DNA of 64,000 bases, taken from positions 31,992,001 through 32,056,000 of the forward strand of contig OX597834.1 in assembly GCA_951406725.2 (NCBI GenBank). The letters are read 5' to 3'. Origin of the DNA: Octopus vulgaris (lineage: Eukaryota). Of this stretch, positions 55,770 to 64,000 are shown piece by piece. A model generated the notes under the pieces. That model made no database searches and was not told where the DNA came from. It saw only the letters and a program-made list of their open reading frames with translations. Position 1 is the first letter of the stretch. The number at the start of each line of letters is the position of its first letter. The translations under genes were made by a program, and so were the position numbers.

Positions 55770-56295
55770 CTATGGAATGACAACAGAAAAATGATGACAT
55801 AAGTATATCTCAGAAAATCACAAAACAACCATACTCTGGGATATGCTAATATGCACAGATAGAAAGATCAAAGCTAATATGCCAGATATTGTTATTAGGG
55901 ACCACCAAGAATAGAAATGACTTCTAATCAACATATTAGTTCCAATAGATAACATAGCATCTCTAAAAGAATAGCAGAAACTCAAAATACAAAGATCTGG
56001 AAATAGAGATAACCTGAATATGGAGCTCGAAAACAGAAATAATACCTATAATGATAGGTGCATTAGGTATGATTCAAAAACATTTAGACAAATACATAAC
56101 CAAAACACCAGGACTTACGAATATATATATATAACATAGCACCATGCACATCCTACATTAAACACTTTCAATACAGTAAAAATAAGAGCACCACAACAAA
56201 CCACAGTACACGTACCCAAGGCCCACAGAGCTGTGTTTGGTATTGCAGTGAAAGGACGTGATAGAAACAAGACTACTGAATAATAATAATAATAA
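55770..56295 (+). mobile_element. R4/Dong-like LINE 3' fragment (restriction-like endonuclease domain), ending in (TAA)n
   Basis: Translates as TILWDML..DRKIKANMPDIVIRD...VPID...KYKDLEIEI...IPIMIGALG with stops, an RLE PD..D/K..KY pattern. Dong-type elements are known to target TAA repeats. Confidence 0.68.
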
Positions 56296-57210
56296 TGATA
56301 ATTCTTTCTACTATAGGCACAAGGCCTGAAAATTTTTGGCGGGAGGAAAAGTAGTTGATTACATCAACCCCAGTGAGTAACTGGTACTTATTTTATCGAC
56401 ACCAAAAGGATGAAAGGCAAAGTCGACCTTGGCACAATTTGAACTCAGTACGTAAAGACAGACAAAATTCTGCTAAACGTTTATTTATAATAATAATAAT
56501 AACATTAATGATGAAGTTAATAATTTGCACCACTGGCACGAGACAACATTTTGAAGAGAGGGGGTAGTTGATTACAGTAACCCCAGTATGTAACTGGTAG
56601 CTTCTTTCTTTTTCAAATTCGGAAGGATGGATGAGAAGTGAATTTGAACCCAAAACATAAAGGGCCAGAACAAATATGAGAAAGCAATTTTTTTTTTCTG
56701 ATATTCTAACAGGTTGGTCAAACAAGCATCTTTAAATAGATGTCTAATGTAGTCTTAAGGCCAAGAATTTGGTGAGATGGAACAGACAATGGTACATAAC
56801 TGGTATTGTATTTTGCTGACCCCTGGAAGTCTGAAAGACAAAGTAAGCCTTAGTAGGGATTGAACCAGAACGAATAGAATCACAACTAAACACCACAATG
56901 TTGTAATTTTGTCCACTGCTTTACCGATTCTGCCACTTGGCTGCTTTGGTGTCTAACAGAGACACAAAGCTATATATTTTGGTGGTGATGGTGGTGGTGA
57001 ACATGGTAGATTATATAGAAATCCCCCCCGAACCTCAGGACACGACTAGTACTTACTTTATTGATGGTGGAAGGATTTAAGTAATCAGTATAAGATATTC
57101 CACCACAACAACAACAACATCAACAACACTCAATGTTGGCAGAATTATGTGTCTAAGGGACTGCTGTGAGAAAATGTGAGTGTGTGTGTGTGTAAGGGTC
57201 TGTGTATATA

Positions 57211-57425
57211 TACAGGGTGGGCCAAAAGTTATACACCAAAACGTTTGCCATTTTATGTATATTATGTTGTTTTTGTAATTATTATTATTATTATTCATTT
57301 TGTTCAACGTGTACAAATATGTATGTGTTCAATATTGTTTTATTCAATTTTAGAAAAACTGAAAAATGTCATGGACAATTCTAGAACATATTGAATTTTG
57401 TGCATGACTTTTGGCTCATCCAGTA
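57211..57425. mobile_element. Tc1/mariner-like MITE
   Basis: Imperfect TIRs TA|CAGGGTGGGCCAAAAGT ... ACTTTTGGCTCATCCAG|TA with TA flanks. Confidence 0.55.
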
Positions 57426-57431
57426 TGTATG

Positions 57432-57497
<66 letters not shown>

Positions 57498-57987
57498 GAT
57501 ATGTATGTATTTTGGCCTGCTGACTTAGTCAGTAGGGTGGCCTCATTAGAAAGCTAAAACGATGCAAAGTGCATTGTGACTAGCGATGTATAACAGCACT
57601 CAACAGTCTGCTCAATCACATGATCATGTGATATATATATATGTGTATGGGACACTGCCTTTGTGTGTGTGTGTGTGTGTGGTGGGAGGAAGAAGAAGCA
57701 TCCGTTTAGGTGTATATATGCAGGGTTTTTTGGGGAACAAGAATGAAAACGTGTTTGCATGATTAAGTACGCACGTGCATGCATGCGTGTGTGCATGTAT
57801 TTGTGAGTGTGGGTGTGTTAGTCCATATTGATTGTCATGGGGTGGTTTATGTGAGTGTGTAGGTGTTAATGTGTATGTGTAAGGGCATGTGCTTGTTTGT
57901 GTATACATGCCTCTACATGAAACTGTGTGCAGAGTCTGTGTGTATGAGAGAGAGAGAGAGAAGAAGAAGAGGAAGAAGCAATATGTC

Positions 57988-60900
57988 TTAGTTCTTGGTG
58001 TCATCTCCATTCTTTTGTTGATTATATTGGCGGTGCCACTCCATGTTGGTCTTTGACACTCCTTCGCCCCGTTTTGCAGCCTGTCTCCCGCTGTACATCA
58101 CAATGATGCAAAGGACAATGGTGACAGCAACCATGCAGAGGCTGACATAGACACGGCTCAAGTCTTTGGCTTTGTTGATCACTGATATCCTAAAGAGAGA
58201 GAGAGAAAAAAGAAACAAATATTAGAACCAAATAATGAAAAAAAAACCCCCAAAAAACAAATAAAAGAATAACATGCATTGCTGAGTGGTAAAAAAATTC
58301 ATTTTGCAACCATGTGGCTCTGGGTTCTGTCCCACTATGTGACACCTTGGGAAAATGTTTTTGACTGTAGCCCAGGACAGATGCCTCATGCAAATGAATT
58401 TGGAAGCCCACTGTTATAAGTAGGATCAAGAAAAAAAAAAAAAAAAAAAAAGGGCTCCATTCCAGTGAGAGATAAATATCATTGAATATATGCGCATTTA
58501 ATTCTTTCGCTTTCAAATTCTTCCATCAAATTTAATACTTATCCATTTATGGTGTTTTGAATTGATCATGCACTATCTTGTAGCTTTGAGATTTTAATGG
58601 CGTTATTGTTTATGTTTGAAATGACATTGTAGGGTAGGTGTGAGAAGCCACCTCTGGCTGGTTTCACCCTTTAGCATTCAGATTATTCTGCCAAATGTAA
58701 TGCTTATTTACACACATTGTTTTGAAATAATCATGCATTATTTCATAGCTTCGAGATTTCAAAGATGTGATTATATATTTTTAGAATGACATTGACAGGT
58801 AGGGGTGAGAAGCTGGATCTAGCTGGTTTAAACATTTAACAAGTAGAATACTTGAGGCCAGATATGGCCAGTTTAAATGCTAAATGTTTAAATATAGGCT
58901 ACCAATAGTTTCATGCAATAAAACACACACAATTATCCAGCAGATTGATATATTGTGCCTTGTGTCTCCAAGCTATCTGCAGGCTCTTACCTGAAGGATT
59001 GCTTGGAGACACAAGGTAAAAAATATAAATCCGTTGGATCATTGTGTTTCCACAGCATGAAACTATTAGATGCTTATATTTAAATACTGTGTATATTAAA
59101 TGGTGTGTGTGTGTGTGTGTGTGTGCATGTGTTTGACAACAGTTTTGTTTGATAACAGTGTTGGTTTGTTTACATTCCTGTAACTAGTGGTTCAGCATAA
59201 CAGACTAATAGTTCCAGACCAATGCCTTGTGAATGAATTCAATAAACAGAAAATGTGTGGAAGCCACCATATATGTGTGTGTGTGTAACACACACACACA
59301 CATGTGCATGCACATACACTGGATATTAGACAGTGGGAAAAGTGGATCAATTTTACTTTTCTTAGATTCAAGGTTGCCAGGAATGGCAAAGAGGGGAATA
59401 CGTGAATGAAATTAAAAGAACTCATGGAGAGGCTACCATGATGGGACTATAGAAAATTATGTAAGTGAAAGAGAAAGAAGAGGGAGAGAGAGAGAGAGAC
59501 AGGAGGGAGATAAAGAGAGGGAGAGAGACAAAGAGAGAGAGACAGGAGGGAGACAAAGAGAGAGAGATAAAATCAATGATGTATCCAGTTATGATGTATG
59601 GATGCTCCAAGAGCTGGACAGTTCAGAAACTGGTGCATTTGGAAAATGGAGATGGAGAGGATTGTTGAGACCATTATGGATGGAAAGAAAAGAACAAAGA
59701 AAAAAACAGGTCAATACTGCAGCAAATGAAATCTGAGAGAACTTTGGCAGCTATTGATTGTGAAATTTTCAAATAAAGAATAAAAATATTAATAAAAATT
59801 TGGTCATGTTATGAGGGCAGATAGCACAGAACAACACATTATTTTAAGAAAAAACTGAGAATCCAAGCTTAAAAAACTGACAATGCTATGAATATATCAA
59901 CCAGACAAATACTCGCCATCAGGCCTCAACCATACTCTGAAAATCTTGCTTCCCTGGGCATGGACACATTAAAGCTCAGACGTTTGGCAACTAACTTGGT
60001 AGACACCCACAAGATGATCCATTATTTTTCCAACAACAACCTTAGGCACATTTTTGAATCCCATATGCCTAACACTCATGGATACACTTCCAAAATAAAA
60101 AAACCCACACTTTTGAAAACGGTTTTCCATGCTCAGAATTGCTGAAGCATAGAATTAACTACCCATATCAGCTATTAGATGTCAGGACACTATATCCTTC
60201 AAAACTTCCATATCCATGCTTCCTGAAGTTCATCAACAGTACACCTAATGCCTTCACCCCCTTTTTTTTTTATACAACTCATTAACCCTTCTGTTACTGT
60301 ATTTATTTTGAGATGCTCTGTGTTTCTTTCAATTAATTTTAAAGATAACAAAGAATTTAGTAAAATAACTTAGTTATCATTCAGCTAGTGTTGGGAACAT
60401 AAACTGTGACTAAGGTTTGGTGGAAGATTTTAATTCAAAACTTATGGAAACAAGACATTTGTACTCAGAGCCAGAGTTAGTTTCAGCTGGGTTGGTAACA
60501 AAAGGGTTAAACTGTCCCCTTCCTGTGCATATCCTATGCACTGTTCATGCAGTTTTGGTTGCATTTTCTGATGAGTTGTAGTGCAGAACCTGAGCCCTAT
60601 ATGCAATAAGTTTGTTGTATTATTTTGACAAGGCTAATGCAATGTACATAATGGGGAAAAGAAGGTGGGAGGGATGACATCTCTGCATCAATCCCAGACG
60701 TCTATGAGGGATAGGTGGAACCTTTAATGGCATGTCCATGAGATTATCGGAAGTCAAACATAACTTGAGAACACTCGGGGGATGGATGGGGAAGAAGAGT
60801 TTGATTCTAAGATGTGTGGCCAAGTGGTTAGGGTGTGACTCACAATTGCAAGATTCTCATGGTTTTGGTTCCTGGATCAGGCAGTGTTTTGTGTTTTTTG

Positions 60901-62516
60901 AGCAAAACACTTCATTTTCACGTTGCTCAGCTGTAAATGAATTCCAGTAATATTGGGGGAGTTAACACTGCGATGGACTGGCAGCCTGTCCAGGGGTGGG
61001 CGGGGATGAGTTAGTGTTGTGGTCTCAGTCATTTACATGCAATGGAAAACCAGGCTGGGCTCTGGCCTTATGAGCCCTGGGGCTCATGGCTGACCCCAGA
61101 TCTAAATCTTTTCTGTCTCAGATCCATTTTTCCATTCATCGTATGGGTGGAGAAATTTTTACATTGGGTTGATTCAATTTGTGGTCAGATGACCATCTTT
61201 GGACTGAGAATCACTCAACCAACCACATATATAATACAGTACACTTTTATATTGACTGTTCTGGGTGCATTACTTCTGTTATGCCACCCATCATATGTTA
61301 TTTATTTATTATTTACTAGCAGTATCGCCTGGCGTTGCTTGGGTTTGTTTCGACCCTTTAGAATTGGAATTTTTGAAAAGTAAATATTTTGCATTATGTA
61401 GCGTGTTATTCTCTTTAAGTGAACATTTTTCTGGTTGAAATACACCGAAAAATGGTGACACAGCAGTCAAAAAATCGTAAAAAATAGGGATTTTCATAGA
61501 AAAAAGGCACCTTTTTCATGTAAATAACATGGTCCGATTTGAATTTTTTCTTCTACGGAAGGAAGAGCAAGCCTTCTTCTATCATACTCTCAATTTTGGT
61601 CAATTTGTGCCGAAGGGTCTTGGAGGAGATAGTGTTAGTTGAAGGCTACCAAACCTGCCATACACAGACTACTTCAGCTTTATATATAGAGAGATTTCTC
61701 TGCATTGGACTGTGCCAAATGTATGAAATATACTAACTACACAATACATGCTGCAGCACTGGGATGTTAATTTCTTTACTGAAAGACAACATTTCATTCT
61801 GCTGATATTCTGAGAGTCACATTTGAAACACCACATCCATAGACCTATGCACTGAAATTTTTTCAGGTGCCTCTTTGCCGTTTTCAGATCGAGCAAAGGC
61901 AAATCATCATCATCATCGTTTACCGTCCGTTCTCCATGCTAGCATGGGTTGAACGGTTCGACCGGGGTCTGGGAAGCCAGGAGGCTGCACCAGACTCCAG
62001 TCTGATCTGGCAGTGTTTCTACAGCTGGATACCTTTCCTAATGCCAACCACTCCATGAGTGTAGTGGGTGCTTTTTACGTGCCTCCGGTACAGGTGCCAG
62101 GGGAGACTGGCAGCAGCCATGATTGGTTGGTGCTTTTTATGTGCCACTGGCACAGAAGCCAGTCAAAGCAGCGCTAGCATCGGCCACGTTCGGATGGTGC
62201 TTTTTACGTGCCACCAGCACAGGTATCACAACTACAATGTCTATAAATTGCAGCATAGCAAACAAGCTTGCTAACCACATTGAAACTAAGCTCAGACCAC
62301 TATGGGGGGGGGGGGGGGGATGAAGATGAGGCCAACACAGCATAGTTAAGAAGAGGATAGCAAGATATCATGGTAGGGATGAGGGAAAACATTGGAATAA
62401 AATGGAATATACTCACGAAATGTATTCGGGGACATCTTCAACAGATTTATATTTCTTATGCCAAACCAAAACGCGTTTATCAAAATTAGTTGCTCTCTTA
62501 AGGTTGGCAGGAGTTC
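57988..62516 (-). CDS. FAM162A: FAM162/UPF0389 single-pass membrane protein, last two coding exons (5' end unresolved)
   Basis: Exon 62516-62417 reads TPANLKRATNFDKRVLVWHKKYKSVEDVPEYIS. Exon 58189-57988 reads ISVINKAKDLSRVYVSLCMVAVTIVLCIIVMYSGRQAAKRGEGVSKTNMEWHRQY...*. The intron is GT-AG with a consistent phase-2 junction. The pattern matches FAM162 (T.FDK.IL.W...IPE.VS...R...M...T...C...G..AA.R.E). The A/B paralog label is nominal. Confidence 0.8.
58888..59084. repeat. Imperfect inverted repeat, about 95-bp arms
   Basis: CCTTGTGTCTCCAAGC / GCTTGGAGACACAAGG and AATAGTTTCATGC / GCATGAAACTATT pair symmetrically around about 58986. Confidence 0.75.
60286..60506. mobile_element. piggyBac-like MITE
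   Basis: TTAA|CCCTTCTGTTAC ... GTAACAAAAGGG|TTAA. Confidence 0.72.
61316..61694 (-). mobile_element. Non-autonomous Helitron
   Basis: Minus strand runs from A|TCTCTCTATATATAAAG to a hairpin plus GATACTGCTAG|T. It has the same 3' terminus as the 2986 and 3541 ends but a different body. Confidence 0.7.
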
Positions 62517-63113
62517 CTAGAATTGAAGCATCACATTTTATTGCATCGTATGTTTAGTCACATTTATAGTGGTTTTATAACAGGATGGACTAATTTGGGG
62601 GTAGAATTTTGTTCTCTACTACAATAAAAGCAAATGGGTCTCCATGTATTTATGTTCTGAAGGAACGTTGTGTGGATGAATGATGTGTACTAATACCGAA
62701 TGTTGTTCAACCGAAATTCCTCTCCACCCGTGGAAAAAATTTTTTCATAATAAATTCTGACACCATCTGAAGCGTATTTGCAATAGTTTTTATTAAAAAA
62801 TATCCATTTTTCTGAAAGTTATGAGGAAACAAAATCGGCGGGGTGCACTAGTGTGGTTATGACAAAAAAACCCTAACTTCGCGATTCGATAAATAAAAGT
62901 ATCAGACTGAATAAAGTTCTGGGGGTCGATATGACAGGCCAGAACTTTTGAAAAGCAGTGCCCTAGTATAACCCCAGTTCGGTGACTGATACCCCCTCCA
63001 TACACACACTACCAACATCTCAAAAGAGCTGATTAAGCAAGTTACATCAACCCAGTCACGTTCGGTTTTTAGGCTGCCTTATTCTGTTGTTCCTCCATTG
63101 AACTCTATCTCAC

Positions 63114-63138
63114 CTAATTGGTTACCTATGTAGGCCAT
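63114..63138 (-). CDS. Tentative first coding exon of the FAM162 gene (MAYIGNQL+G)
   Basis: ATGG context and a phase-1 AG|GTGAGA donor compatible with the phase-1 acceptor at 62516. There is no homology support. Confidence 0.2.
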
Positions 63139-63599
63139 AAGAATCCCCTATCTCTTCTACACTCGTTATCCCTACCCCAGACCTCCTACTAAACACTTTC
63201 CCCAATGCATTCCTCAAAAATTCCATTCCAATGAGCGTCATCAACTGAACCAAACGTCGGTGGATCTACAAAGGTCGAAGGTCACAGATATCGTCTGCCG
63301 TGTCCAATTAATTAAGGCATAATTTTTTTTTTACAACAAACCCTAATCTATACCATCTAAAATGTATCTCTGGAAAATTTCATTGAAAAAATACGTATTT
63401 TTCAGAAAACTTTGACGAAGCAAAGTCGGGTAGAGACATGCCATAATTAAAACATTGAAGTGTGTAAATAAAAGACTAATATGGAAGTCTATTTATTACA
63501 TATATCTTATATATGTGAAGTGGTGTCCTTCGGCATCGGATACACAAACGGTTGAAGTACAACTTCAATGTGAACCACCAAGAGGGCGGTGAAGGTGCG

Positions 63600-63801
63600 T
63601 GGCCTAGTGGCTACGGTGTTGCACTGGCAGTCGTAGTTTCGATTCCCGGACTGGGCAGTGCATTCCATTCTTGAGCAGAACACTACATCTGAGTGGACTA
63701 AAACAGCATGAAATGAAGTGTTCTGCTCAAGAATGGAATGCACTGCCCGGTCCGGGAATCGAAACTACGACCGCAAGTGCAACACCGTAGCCACTAGGCC
63801 A
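63600..63801. repeat. Fold-back duplication of a tRNA-like SINE head: about 89-bp arms, 24-nt spacer
   Basis: TGGCCTAGTGG...GTTTCGATTCCCGGAC...CTTGAGCAGAACACT is followed by its reverse complement with about 4 mismatches. Confidence 0.85.
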
Positions 63802-64000
63802 TGGACTGAAATGGACTGGTGTTTGTTCAGAGGAAATGTCATTTCGGTGACATATGCCATGGAAAGCTGGTGGATCTACGAGTCCTACGACTGGCAGACA
63901 GCAATGTCCGGCGGACTTTTACACCAAAAGAGGTCGTTAAGCGGTCATTCGACCTGCAAAAAATAACAACCAAATACCCTTTACGAGGGTGAGATGAAAA

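Noticed and set aside
62560-62690. Possible FAM162 exon (…NINTWRPICFYCSREQNSTPKLVHP…) resembling a mitochondrial presequence
   Set aside because: I found no convincing phase-1 donor linking it to the 62516 acceptor. It needs transcript data.

Overview
This is eukaryotic DNA: AT-rich and full of microsatellites and SINEs. The repeat families suggest an octopod cephalopod genome, which is an inference rather than something confirmed here. Four protein-coding genes can be rebuilt by hand from GT-AG exons or an open ORF. (1) Kynurenine formamidase AFMID: minus strand, 11 coding exons, 17541->1676, 300 aa. (2) A SMYD3-like SET/MYND lysine methyltransferase: plus strand, 13 exons, 26603->40971, 461 aa, head-to-head with AFMID. 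(3) A single-exon, diverged TFIIB: minus strand, 48689->47745, 314 aa, a candidate retrogene with an ETS/NRF1/NF-Y-like promoter. (4) The last two exons of a FAM162/UPF0389 gene: minus strand, 62516->57988. The rest is CR1, RTE and R4/Dong-like LINE debris, at least four SINE-like families, non-autonomous Helitrons, hAT/mariner/piggyBac-like MITEs and simple repeats. The most unusual signals are a complete type I hammerhead ribozyme fold with a long stem II (22415-22541, minus) plus Penelope-type hammerhead relics, five long fold-back inverted repeats, SINE multimers with a fixed 184-bp junction, and the intronless TFIIB. Most ORFs in the supplied track are microsatellite or transposon artefacts.
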